Source: an uncultured delta proteobacterium (GTDB taxonomy: Bacteria; Myxococcota_A; Polyangia; Fen-1088). From it: DNA of 64,000 nt. The notes under the pieces were generated by a model, which was given only the letters and a program-made list of their open reading frames with translations, made no database searches and had not been told where the DNA came from. Position numbers and translations under genes: made by a program. The stretch spans positions 1,664,001-1,728,000 of the forward strand of contig CAVYGB010000008.1 of assembly GCA_963767925.1 (NCBI GenBank), given 5' to 3'. Each line of letters opens with the position of its first letter. Position 1 is the first letter of the stretch. Below, piece by piece: positions 9,605 to 18,431 of this stretch.

Positions 9605-11164
9605 TCAGGCCAGCCAGGTGCCGAGCAGGGCGGCCGCTGCGCGCGCGCCATCGGCGGCGGCGCTGACGATGCCGCCCGCGTAGCCGGCCCCCTCGCCCAC
9701 CGGCAGCAGACCGGCGAGCCCCGGGGAGGCATAGGTCGTGGGGTCGCGGAGGATGCGCACGGGCGCGCTGGTTCGCGTCTCGGCAGCCACCAGCACGGCG
9801 TCGCCGTGGCGGTAGCCGGGAAACCGGCGAACCAGGGCCTCCAGGCCGGCCCGCAGCGCGCTGGCGACGAAGCTCGGGTAGACCTGCTCGAGCGCGACCC
9901 CCACAATCCCGGGCCGATAGCTGGTGGCCGGCAGGCTCGAGCTGGCCCGGCCGGCGAGAAAGTCGACCAGGCGCTGGGCCGGCGCCTGGAACCCGCCGCC
10001 CCCCAGCCGGAAGGCGGCCGCCTCGATGCTCTGCTGGAAGGTCACGCCGGCCAGCACCCCCGCCGCCTCGGGACCGAAGTCGGCGGCCCGCACCTCGACC
10101 ACCATGCCCGAGTTGGCAAAGGGTGAGTCGCGCCGGGACAGGCTCATGCCGTTGACCACCACCCCCTCGGGCTCGGTCGCCGCGGGCACGATCCAGCCCC
10201 CGGGACACATGCAGAAGCTGTAGACACCCCGCCCGTTGCCCGAGGCCTTCAGCTCGTAGAAGGCCGGGGGCAAAGCGGGATGGCCGGCGTGGGCCCCGTA
10301 CTGCAGGCGGTTGATGACCGGCTGGGGATGTTCGATCCGCACCCCGACCGCCAGGTCCTTGCGGGCCATCGCCACCCCCGCCTCCGCCAGCCAGCGGTAG
10401 GTCGACCGGGCGGAGTGGCCCACCGCCAGCACCACGGCGTCCGCGGCCAGCTCTGCGCCCGAGCGCAGGCGCACCGCCCGGACCCGCCCCCCGTCCGCCT
10501 GCAGCCCGACCGCCTCGCACTCGAAGCGGTACTGGACGCCCGCCGCCTCGAGGTGGGTGCGCAGGGTGGTCAGGACCTTCGGCAGGAGGTTCGAGCCGAC
10601 ATGGGGGCGGGCCTCCACCGCGATCTGCGGCGGGGCACCGAAGCGAACCAGATCGGCCAGCACGCGGGCCACCGTCCCCCGATCCTTGCTGCGCGTGTAG
10701 AGCTTCCCGTCGGAGTAGGTGCCCGCTCCCCCCTCTCCGAAGCAGTAATTCGAGTCGGGATCGAGGGTCCCCCGCTGCAGGTTCGCCAGATCGCGCCGGC
10801 GGGGCTGCACCGGTTTGCCCCGCTCGACGATGGTGCAGGGCAGGCCGGCCTCCGCCAGCCGGAGGGCGGCGAAGGCGCCCGCGGGCCCGGAGCCGAGGAC
10901 GACGATCTTCGGGAACGGCCGTCCCGCGGGCCAGCGCCGGGGTGCCGGGCCGGGGTCGGCCAGGAGGGTCGGTCCCGCCGCCGGACCCACCTCGACCCGG
11001 AGGTTGTAGCCGAGCGGCCGGCCCTTGCGGGCGTCGAGCGAGCGGCGCAGGAGCCGGACCTCCTCGGGCGCGAGGGCCCCGCGCCCGAGGGCGCGGGCGG
11101 CCACCTCGTGGAGGGGGGCCTCCGCCTCGGCGATGGGCAGGAAGAGATCGACGACGGTGCTCAC
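9605..11164 (-). CDS. FAD-dependent oxidoreductase (uncharacterised COG2509-type)
   Basis: GSGPAG dinucleotide motif; FGEGGAGTYSDGKL, YSFCMCPGG, ETRTSAP, GEGAGYAGGIVSAAADG. Confidence 0.92.
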   Translation of the reverse strand: MSTVVDLFLPIAEAEAPLHEVAARALGRGALAPEEVRLLRRSLDARKGRPLGYNLRVEVGPAAGPTLLADPGPAPRRWPAGRPFPKIVVLGSGPAGAFAALRLAEAGLPCTIVERGKPVQPRRRDLANLQRGTLDPDSNYCFGEGGAGTYSDGKLYTRSKDRGTVARVLADLVRFGAPPQIAVEARPHVGSNLLPKVLTTLRTHLEAAGVQYRFECEAVGLQADGGRVRAVRLRSGAELAADAVVLAVGHSARSTYRWLAEAGVAMARKDLAVGVRIEHPQPVINRLQYGAHAGHPALPPAFYELKASGNGRGVYSFCMCPGGWIVPAATEPEGVVVNGMSLSRRDSPFANSGMVVEVRAADFGPEAAGVLAGVTFQQSIEAAAFRLGGGGFQAPAQRLVDFLAGRASSSLPATSYRPGIVGVALEQVYPSFVASALRAGLEALVRRFPGYRHGDAVLVAAETRTSAPVRILRDPTTYASPGLAGLLPVGEGAGYAGGIVSAAADGARAAAALLGTWLA

Positions 11165-11174
11165 GGCGAAATCA

Positions 11175-12170
11175 TCAGCGCGAGAGCCCCACCCGACGCC
11201 GGGCGACCAGGCAGTGGCGCCCGCCGCGTTCGAAGTCGCGGCAGGTGCGGGGCCGGTCCTGGTAGATCTCGCAGTGGTAGCCGCCGTCGTCCCGCTTCAG
11301 GGCTGCGCAGCGGTCGCCCGAGCGGAGCAGGGTGAAGCGGTGGCCGTTGCGAACCACCAGGGCTGGCTGCTTCCAGACCACCGGATCGCGCACCGACACG
11401 CTCACCGAGTGATAGGCCTCGCGGCAGCAGGCTCCGCAGCGGTCGCAGGCCACCGGCGGCTCCCAGCGGTCACAGGCCGCCAGGTCGGCGCGCACCCGCA
11501 GGCCGTCGCCCATCTCGGGCGCGGTCTGCCGGCACCGTTCGACGGGCGGCCCCCGCCCTCCGAGATAACGCCAGGCGCAGGTGCCGCAGGTCTCGCCGTC
11601 CCCCCGGTGGGGAAACCCGCTCGGATGTCCGACCTGGTTCCGCCGGGCCGCCACCCGGGCCGCCGTCGCGGCGAGCGCGCGGTGTATCACCGGCGCCAGC
11701 GGGCTGGCCTCGGCCAGGGCCGCGCCCCGGCGCGCCAGCTCGCAGGCGAGCTGATCGGCGACGCCAGCGGGCGCCAGCGGCTCGACCGGCAGCGCCCGGT
11801 AATAGGCCTGCCAGGGGGTCGTCGGGCACAGCTCCTCCCGGAGGCCGTGGCGGGCCGCCAGGTGGGCCTGCAGGCGCAGGCAGGCGGCCTCGGCCACGTC
11901 GTCCCGGTCGTCCGTGTTGTCGAGCCCCCAGTCGACCTGCGACCAGCGCGCCTCGCCTTGCACGAGCGCGTGACAGAGCTCGTGCAGCACGAGCTGGCAC
12001 AGGCTGTCGTCGGCATCGAGGGTCTCCGGCGTTCCCACCAGGATGGTCCCCTTGCCGTCGGTCGTGGCGTACGCGGCCTCGCCGCGCTCGACGCGGAAGC
12101 CGCATCCGGACGCGGCGTCGATCCAGAGCTGATCGATCTCGGCATCCGCGAGCGGGCTGGTCACCTCCAT
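11175..12170 (-). CDS. HExxH domain fused to a Cys cluster and a YkgJ/FliB-type CxxCxxCC domain
   Basis: LHELCH; CGTCAW...C...C; CDRCGACC...CAAL...CEIYQDRPRTCRDF. Confidence 0.85.
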   Translation of the reverse strand: MEVTSPLADAEIDQLWIDAASGCGFRVERGEAAYATTDGKGTILVGTPETLDADDSLCQLVLHELCHALVQGEARWSQVDWGLDNTDDRDDVAEAACLRLQAHLAARHGLREELCPTTPWQAYYRALPVEPLAPAGVADQLACELARRGAALAEASPLAPVIHRALAATAARVAARRNQVGHPSGFPHRGDGETCGTCAWRYLGGRGPPVERCRQTAPEMGDGLRVRADLAACDRWEPPVACDRCGACCREAYHSVSVSVRDPVVWKQPALVVRNGHRFTLLRSGDRCAALKRDDGGYHCEIYQDRPRTCRDFERGGRHCLVARRRVGLSR

Positions 12171-12237
12171 GGGCGGGGGACTTTACGCGATCTCGCCGCG
12201 CAGGCCCGCCTCCGCGCAGGGGGCGGTGCGCCGACAG

Positions 12238-12309
12238 GTTATTTTCCCACATGTATTTTGTAATTTGTTTGACAGTACATTGACGTGAAAAGTACGGCCG
12301 GGTAAGAAT
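12238..12309 (+). promoter_or_regulatory. AT-rich divergent promoter region with sigma-70-like elements
   Basis: Strong AT enrichment; TTGACG (12280-12285), 17 nt, TAAGAA(T) (12303-12309); second TTGACA at 12269. Confidence 0.55.
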
Positions 12310-12392
12310 TAGGGGAGAGCTAATCCGGTATGCGACACCAGCCCTGAAGGCGGGAGACGCGCAGATTGGCCTCTTCCAGGCGGTGTTGCCCG

Positions 12393-13373
12393 ATGCCCGA
12401 GAGGTCCAAGCTGGCTCGACGATTCTCCCCCCTCCTGTTCGGTTTCGCCTTCCTCCCCTCCCTCCCGGGCGCCCTGGCGCCCCGCTCACCTGCCGCGGCG
12501 CCCGCCGCCCCCCAGGCCGAGCCCGCCGCCGCGGTGCTCGCCTCGGCCTCGTCGCTCTCCGGCCCGCGGGCCGACGCCTGCCTCGCCAGCACCATCTGCG
12601 CGCTCAAGGACGAGGTCCGCTGGCGCGCCCCCGCCTGGAGCCCCAGCAAGTGCCAGCTCATCGCCGACGCCGTCCAGTCCGCGGCCGAGCAGCATGACCT
12701 GTCCCCCGCCCTGATCGTCGCCGTCATGCTCAACGAGAGCGACCTCGACGACAAGGCCGTCGCTTCCTACGAACGCGACGGCGCGGTCTACGCGAAGGAC
12801 GGCGGCCTCATGGGGATCCGCTGCGTGTTCGACGAGCGCGGCCGCTGCAAGAACGGCTTCGTCAAAGGCCTCACCTTCAAGAACATCATGGATCCCTTCA
12901 CCAACATCGCCCTCGGCGCGCGCGAGCTGGCGTACTACCGTAACGGCGGTGGCGTCGAGAAGCGGGTGACCCGCCTGCTGGCGTCCGACGGGCAGGTCGT
13001 GGAAAAGACGAAGAACGTACGCTGCCGCCACGCCACCCACGCCTACTGGGCGCACTACAACCACGGCTCGCGCTACATCGCCAGCGGCCACCCCCGCCAC
13101 TATCCCCACCGGGTCGGCGTCCTTTATTTCGCCCTCGCCAAGGCGCTGGGCCTCCCGGCGAGCGAGCTCGAGTCGCGGCCCCTCACGGTCGTCGATCCGG
13201 GCATGCGGCCGCGCACCGCCGACCGGCCGGTCGAGCCGCGCTACCGGGCCCTCTGCTCGAAGATCCAGGCGGTGAGCGGCGTCTGCCGCGCGCCCGTCAC
13301 GGCGTCCCGCACCGACCGGTCATCGCACCGGGGCGACGGGGTGTGGTTCGAGGCTCGACTCGGCCCTTCTTAG
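12393..13373 (+). CDS. Secreted lytic transglycosylase (SLT-like) protein
   Basis: N-terminal hydrophobic signal; LSPALIVAVMLNES (catalytic Glu), GLMGI, DPFTNIALGAREL, AHYNHG. Confidence 0.72.
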   Translation: MPERSKLARRFSPLLFGFAFLPSLPGALAPRSPAAAPAAPQAEPAAAVLASASSLSGPRADACLASTICALKDEVRWRAPAWSPSKCQLIADAVQSAAEQHDLSPALIVAVMLNESDLDDKAVASYERDGAVYAKDGGLMGIRCVFDERGRCKNGFVKGLTFKNIMDPFTNIALGARELAYYRNGGGVEKRVTRLLASDGQVVEKTKNVRCRHATHAYWAHYNHGSRYIASGHPRHYPHRVGVLYFALAKALGLPASELESRPLTVVDPGMRPRTADRPVEPRYRALCSKIQAVSGVCRAPVTASRTDRSSHRGDGVWFEARLGPS

Positions 13374-13394
13374 CTGACAGACTTTCTCGAGGAG

Positions 13395-14243
13395 GTGAAC
13401 GCCTTGGCAGCTTCGGCGTCGGAGCCGGTAGCCGGTCTCGAAGACATCGTGGTGCTCGACCCGGATCACCCGGGGTTTCGTGATCCTCTGTATCGGGGCC
13501 GTCGCAACGAGATCGCCCGCATCGCCCTGCAGTACCAGCTCGACACCCCCATCCCCCGCATCGAATACACGGCCGAGGAGCACGGGGTCTGGCGGACGGT
13601 CTGGGAGAAGCTGGCGCCGGTCCAGGAACGTCATGCTTGCCGGGCCTACCGCGAGGCCTGCGCCCAGCTCCCGCTGGATCACCATCGGATCCCCCAGCTC
13701 GCCGACGTCAATCCCCTCCTGCGCGAACGGACCGGCTTCCAGATGATCCCGGTCGCCGGGCTGGTGGCCTCCCGGGCCTTCCTGGGACAGCTCGGACGCA
13801 GCATCTTCCTCGCCACCCAGTACATCCGCCACGCCAGCCGGCCGCTCTACACCCCCGAGCCCGACGTGGTGCACGAGCTGTGCGGACACGCCGCCAGCTT
13901 CGCCATCCCCACCCTGGCCCGGCTCAACCGGGTGTTTGGCCGGGCGGCAGCCCGGGCCAGCGACGAACAGATCACGCTGCTCGAACGCCTCTACTGGTAC
14001 ACGCTCGAGTTCGGGCTCGTGACCGAGGACGGCGTGCCGAAGGCCTACGGGGCCGGGTTGCTCTCGTCCTTCGGCGAGCTCGGCCGCTTCGACTCCGCCG
14101 CCACCATCCGGCCCTTCGATCCCGACGAGGCGGCCGGCCGACCCTACGATCCGACCGACTACCAGGCGGTGCTGTACCTGGTCCCCAGCCTCGAGGCCGC
14201 CGCCGACTCCATCGAAGGCTGGCTGGCCCGGCGCATGGGCTGA
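13395..14243 (+). CDS. phhA: Phenylalanine 4-monooxygenase
   Basis: TQYIRH, YTPEPDVVHELCGH (Fe ligands), LYWYTLEFGL, KAYGAGLLSSFGEL. Confidence 0.93.
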   Translation: MNALAASASEPVAGLEDIVVLDPDHPGFRDPLYRGRRNEIARIALQYQLDTPIPRIEYTAEEHGVWRTVWEKLAPVQERHACRAYREACAQLPLDHHRIPQLADVNPLLRERTGFQMIPVAGLVASRAFLGQLGRSIFLATQYIRHASRPLYTPEPDVVHELCGHAASFAIPTLARLNRVFGRAAARASDEQITLLERLYWYTLEFGLVTEDGVPKAYGAGLLSSFGELGRFDSAATIRPFDPDEAAGRPYDPTDYQAVLYLVPSLEAAADSIEGWLARRMG

Positions 14244-14320
14244 GACGCTGCCCCCGCTCGATCCCCGCGCGGCGGTTGTCGGGGGCCGCTCGAGGCGCTA
14301 GGGTTGCCGAAAGACACGTC

Positions 14321-14917
14321 ATGGCTGCTGGCCCGCTGCCCACCGCTCTCGCTCCGCTGCGCCTCGATCCCGCGCGCGCCGCGCTCCTGGTCGTCGACGT
14401 CCAGACCCGGCTGTCGGCGGCGATGCCCGAGGAGGACCTGGCCCGATGCGAGCGCAACTGGCTCATCCTCGTCGAGCTGGCCAGGCGCCTGCGGCTGCCG
14501 GTGGTCTGGAGCGAGCAGTACCCGCAGGGCCTCGGCCCTACCCTGCCGCCGCTGGCCGAAGCCCTGGTCCAGCCCGGGCTGAGCCTGCACCGCATCGAGA
14601 AGATCACCTTCTCTTGCACCGACTGCGACGCCCTTCCCCCGCTCTTTCAATCGCTGGGCCGCCGCCAGTGGATCGTGGTCGGCATGGAGACCCACGTCTG
14701 TGTCTGGCAGACGGTCCGCGGGCTGCTCGGCTGGAGCGCCGAGGTGCACGTGCCGGGCGACGCCACCATCTCGCGGGCGCCGGCCAACCACCAGGTCGGC
14801 CTCCGGCTGTGCGAACGGGCGGGGGCACTCGTGACCTCGACCGAGACCGTGGTGTTCGATGCCCTGGGACGGGCCGGGACCGAAGACTTCAAGGCTCTCT
14901 CTCGCCTGGTTCGCTGA
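14321..14917 (+). CDS. Isochorismatase-family hydrolase
   Basis: LLVVDVQ, SEQYPQGLGPT, EKITFS, GMETHVCVWQT. Confidence 0.92.
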   Translation: MAAGPLPTALAPLRLDPARAALLVVDVQTRLSAAMPEEDLARCERNWLILVELARRLRLPVVWSEQYPQGLGPTLPPLAEALVQPGLSLHRIEKITFSCTDCDALPPLFQSLGRRQWIVVGMETHVCVWQTVRGLLGWSAEVHVPGDATISRAPANHQVGLRLCERAGALVTSTETVVFDALGRAGTEDFKALSRLVR

Positions 14918-14966
14918 CCAGGCGGGTGCGGTCCTCGAACGTCGTTTGACCGACCGCGAAGCCTGG
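14918..14966. repeat. Long imperfect inverted repeat / hairpin
   Basis: CCAGGC/GCCTGG, GCGGTC/GACCGC and TCGAACG/CGTTTGA nested arms immediately after the stop codon. Confidence 0.6.
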
Positions 14967-15055
14967 AAAACCCGGAGCAAACGGCAAGCACACATGCCGC
15001 AGAGTGCCCCTCCGCGCTCTCAAGCGGAGCGGCTTCGGCGCCGATGATTTGTGGT

Positions 15056-15319
15056 ATGGCGGACAATAAACGCCGCGGACAGCTGATAAATCTGGCCCAG
15101 CGCAGGCGGCGGCGGGTGCGGGAAGCGCTCATCGAGGCGAAGGGCCAGATGATCGAGGCGGAGCACGCCCTGTTCGTGGCCTTGCGTCTGGCTGGGCTTC
15201 ACGACTCGGGAGCGCGCAACGCTTCCGGCTGGCGCCGGGGGCCGGCCCCCTCGCCGCGCGACGAGCGCACGGTCGCTCGCGTGGTCCCGATCTTCCCGGG
15301 CGGCAAGCGCGCCGCCTAG
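15056..15319 (+). CDS. Small basic hypothetical protein
   Basis: 87-aa ORF filling the gap between the isochorismatase gene and mnmA; helical core; start could be 15044. Confidence 0.55.
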   Translation: MADNKRRGQLINLAQRRRRRVREALIEAKGQMIEAEHALFVALRLAGLHDSGARNASGWRRGPAPSPRDERTVARVVPIFPGGKRAA

Positions 15320-15370
15320 CTGCGAGACCGTCGTGGCAACGAGCCGTTCTCTCGCTGCGCGCGGGCCCGG

Positions 15371-16441
15371 CTAGGCGATCCAGCCCCCGCCCAGGACCTC
15401 GTCGCCGGCGAAGAAGACGGCGGCCTGGCCAGGGGCGATCCCCTCGACCGGATCGGCGAACGTCACTTCTGCCTCGTTCTGGGCCCGGGTGACGGTGGCG
15501 GGGTGCGCGCTGGCGTGGTGGCGAATCTGGACCTCACAGCGGAGCGGCGCCTCGGCGGAGGCGGGCCTGAGCCAGCGCGTGTCGAGCACGCGCATCTCCT
15601 TGCGCCCGAGCGCGCTGCGCGGGCCCACCACGACCTTGCCGCTGGCCGCGTCGATGCGCAGGACGAAGCGGGCATCCTGTCCGTTGGACGGCGGCAGCCC
15701 CTTGCGCTGCCCGATGGTGAAGTTGTGCGTCCCGCCGTGATGGGCGAGCGGGCTGCCCGCCTCGTCGACGATCTCGCCGCGGGGCCCCGCCGCACCGTGG
15801 GCCTCGACGAACCGCTTGTGGTCGCCGTCGGGGATGAAGCAAATCTGCTGCGAATCTGGCTTGTTCCAGTTCGGCAAGGCCAGCTTCTGGGCGATCTCCC
15901 GCACCTGCTGCTTGCTCATCGCCCCCAGCGGAAAACGCACGAAGGAGAACAGCGCCGGCTGCACCGCGAACAGGAAGTAGGCCTGATCCTTCTGGCGGTC
16001 GACCGCGCGACGCAGCCGCAGCCCCTCCGACCCCGACTCGATGCGCGCGTAGTGGCCCGTGGCCAGCGCCTCGGCCCCGATCGCTCGGGCGAAGCGGATC
16101 AACGGATCGAACTTGAGCGTCTCGTTGCAGCGCACGCACGGGTTGGGGGTCCGCCCCGCCCGGTAGGCGCCCAGGAAATCATCGATGACCGTGCGGGAGA
16201 AGGTCTCGCTCTCGTCGAGCACGTAGTGGGGAAACCCCAGGGCTGCCGCGGTGGCCCGGGCGTCTTCGATGTCGCGCGGGCTGCAGCAGCGGCCGCCGAT
16301 GCTGGCCGCCGTCCCCGACGCGTCGTAGAGCTTGAGCGTCACCCCCACCACCTCGGCCCCGCTCTGGCACAGGAGGGCCGCCGCCGTCGAGGAGTCGACC
16401 CCTCCGGACATGGCAACGACGATTCTGGGACGGGCGGCCAT
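15371..16441 (-). CDS. mnmA: tRNA-specific 2-thiouridylase
   Basis: AMSGGVDSS, TPNPCVRCN, ATGHYAR, KDQAYFL, DSQQICF, TIGQRKGL, PGQAAVF. Confidence 0.97.
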   Translation of the reverse strand: MAARPRIVVAMSGGVDSSTAAALLCQSGAEVVGVTLKLYDASGTAASIGGRCCSPRDIEDARATAAALGFPHYVLDESETFSRTVIDDFLGAYRAGRTPNPCVRCNETLKFDPLIRFARAIGAEALATGHYARIESGSEGLRLRRAVDRQKDQAYFLFAVQPALFSFVRFPLGAMSKQQVREIAQKLALPNWNKPDSQQICFIPDGDHKRFVEAHGAAGPRGEIVDEAGSPLAHHGGTHNFTIGQRKGLPPSNGQDARFVLRIDAASGKVVVGPRSALGRKEMRVLDTRWLRPASAEAPLRCEVQIRHHASAHPATVTRAQNEAEVTFADPVEGIAPGQAAVFFAGDEVLGGGWIA

Positions 16442-16456
16442 CGGGCGGGGCAGAAG

Positions 16457-17620
16457 CTACGCTGCCGCGCGCACCCGGGCAACCACCTGTTCCACCAGGG
16501 CGGCGGCCAGGTCTATCTCCGCGTCGGTGTTGCCGGCGCCCAGACTGAAGCGGATGCCCTCGCGGGCTCGTTCGGGGGGAAGTCCCAGGGCGAGCAGCAC
16601 GGGCGAGGGGGCGACGGTTCCCGAGCTGCAAGCGGCGCCGGTGGCCACCGCCACCCCTTCCAGGTCCAGCCCGATCGCCACGAGCTGACCCGGAGCCCCG
16701 GAGAAGGCGACGTTGCAGACCCCGGGCGCCCGTCCGGACACGTCGCCGTGTAGCCGCGATCCCGGGATCGCCAGCAGGCGGGCCTCCAGGCGATCCCGCA
16801 GGCCGGCGATCCGACCGGCCCGAGCGGCGAGGTCTCGCCCGGCCAGCCGGCAGGCCTCCCCGAAGCCGACGATGCCGGGGACGTTCTCCGTGCCCGCCCG
16901 CCGCTCGTGCTCCTGGTGCCCGCCGGTGAGCAGCGAAGCCGTCTCCAGACCGCGCCGGATCCAGACCGCCCCCACTCCCTTGGGGCCACCGATCTTGTGC
17001 GCCGACACGGTCAGGGCATCGATCCCCAGCGCCGCCACGTCGACCGGCACCCGCCCCAGCGCCTGGACCGCATCGCTGTGAACCAGCGCGCCCGCCGCCC
17101 GCGCGCGCCGGGCCACCTCCGGAATCGGATAGACGTTCCCGATCTCGTGGTTGACCAGGCCCAGAGTGACGAGGCCGACCTCCGATCCCAGGAGCGCCTC
17201 CAGGTCCGACAGGACCAGCGTCCCGATCGACGTGACCGGGAGCCAGCGGGTCTCGCGGCTACCGGCGAGGGCGGCCAGTGCCCCCAGCACGGAGGGATGT
17301 TCGACCGGCGAGGAGAGCACCCCCTGGCGCGACGGCGCGCTCCCACCGGCCCGCCGGCCCTCGATCAGCCCCCGGATGGCCAGGTGGTTGCCCTCCGTGC
17401 CGCCGGAGGTGAAGACGATCTCGTCGGGCGCCCCGCCGATCAGCGCCGCGAGCTGCGCCCTCGCGTTCTCGACCGCCGAGCGCGCCTTCCTGCCGGCCGC
17501 GTGGATGCTCGAGGGGTTGGCCCAGGTTTGCGCGAGGGACGCCGCCACGGCGTCGCGCACTTCGGGCAACAGCGGCGTGGTGGCGTTGTGGTCGAGGTAG
17601 ATGACCGGTCGATCCGCCAC
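16457..17620 (-). CDS. iscS: Cysteine desulfurase (IscS/NifS type)
   Basis: IYLDHNATT, NPSSIH, FTSGGTE, SAHKIGGPKG, RAGTENV, GAACSSG; GTG start 17620; adjacent to mnmA. Confidence 0.9.
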   Translation of the reverse strand: MADRPVIYLDHNATTPLLPEVRDAVAASLAQTWANPSSIHAAGRKARSAVENARAQLAALIGGAPDEIVFTSGGTEGNHLAIRGLIEGRRAGGSAPSRQGVLSSPVEHPSVLGALAALAGSRETRWLPVTSIGTLVLSDLEALLGSEVGLVTLGLVNHEIGNVYPIPEVARRARAAGALVHSDAVQALGRVPVDVAALGIDALTVSAHKIGGPKGVGAVWIRRGLETASLLTGGHQEHERRAGTENVPGIVGFGEACRLAGRDLAARAGRIAGLRDRLEARLLAIPGSRLHGDVSGRAPGVCNVAFSGAPGQLVAIGLDLEGVAVATGAACSSGTVAPSPVLLALGLPPERAREGIRFSLGAGNTDAEIDLAAALVEQVVARVRAAA

Positions 17621-17628
17621 GCGGGCCG

Positions 17629-18225
17629 CTAGGTCTTGGTGGGCGTGAGCGTGACCTTCTGCTCGATCGTGACGGCGCTGCCCCCGAAGGTCGGAAACTT
17701 CCAGCGCATCGCCGCGCTCTTGATACAAGAGGTCATCTCCGAGTCGATCGAGGGGTTCACGCCCACGTCCTCGACCGTGCCCTGCGGGCGGACCGTGATG
17801 TCCAGGGTGAGCCCCACCCCGGACTGGTAGTGCAGCGCCTGGTTCTTCTTCAAGGCGCGCTCGTAGCACTGCCGGAGGGCGGGCGCCCCCTGCATGACGA
17901 TCTTGCTCGCCACCGCCGGGTCGAGCCCGCCCTTGTCCACGCCACCGCCCGCGGGGACCGTGCCGCGGATCGAGGCCACGAGGTTGATGATCTCCGGATC
18001 GGTGAGGACGACGCGGCTGGGGTTGGCCATCGCCTGCGCGAGCTGGCGCTTGAGCCCGGCCATGTCGTTCTTGAGAGCGTTCGTCTCTTTCCGGCACTCG
18101 ACCAGCTTGTCGTTCGCCTCGGAGAGGCGTCTGGTCATCTCTTCTTTGGCCTTTCCGTCGCAGGACGCGAAAAGGAGCGCCGCCGGAGTAAGCCAGGTAA
18201 GTCCTCTTAAGAGAGAGCGCATCAT
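17629..18225 (-). CDS. Lipoprotein with coiled coil and AgmX/PglI C-terminal (TonB-C-like) domain
   Basis: Lipobox FASC; heptad coiled coil; LRQCYERAL...ITVRPQGTV...CIKSAAMRWKFP. Confidence 0.8.
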   Translation of the reverse strand: MMRSLLRGLTWLTPAALLFASCDGKAKEEMTRRLSEANDKLVECRKETNALKNDMAGLKRQLAQAMANPSRVVLTDPEIINLVASIRGTVPAGGGVDKGGLDPAVASKIVMQGAPALRQCYERALKKNQALHYQSGVGLTLDITVRPQGTVEDVGVNPSIDSEMTSCIKSAAMRWKFPTFGGSAVTIEQKVTLTPTKT

Positions 18226-18324
18226 CCTTTTTTTTAAGCCAGCTTGGGATTTGCTGCAATACCGAGAATCGATCGGCGCCCGACTTCGGTCTGCGCAGCC
18301 GCGGGTAGGTCCCGTCCCTACGTT

Positions 18325-18367
18325 ATTCACCTGCGATTCACCTGCGATTCACCTGCGATTCCCCTGG
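18325..18367. repeat. Tandem 11-bp direct repeat (ATTCACCTGCG x3 plus a degenerate copy)
   Basis: Exact copies at 18325, 18336 and 18347, then ATTCCCCTGG. Confidence 0.9.
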
Positions 18368-18431
18368 AGATTCTCCCACGTCACTTCCACTTGGTTTCCC
18401 TGCTCGGCCCGCACCCGGCTCTTGCTTGCCT

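Noticed and set aside
12312..12380. Glycine or ykkC riboswitch assignment
   Set aside because: Only fragments resemble the consensus (GGAGAG, GAAGG, CAGG); spacing, pairing and downstream gene do not fit
14298..14310. CTAGGGTTGCCG resembling the ykkC motif start
   Set aside because: Lies about 10 nt from the start codon, leaving no room for the rest of the aptamer
13637..14917. 426-aa ORF extending the isochorismatase upstream
   Set aside because: The extension overlaps phhA out of frame; the family domain starts at ATG 14321
16457..18259. 600-aa extended cysteine desulfurase ORF
   Set aside because: The N-terminal ~210 aa overlap the lipoprotein gene in another frame; true start is GTG 17620 just before IYLDHNATT
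18325..18367. CRISPR array
   Set aside because: Repeats are 11 bp, contiguous, with no spacers and no cas genes
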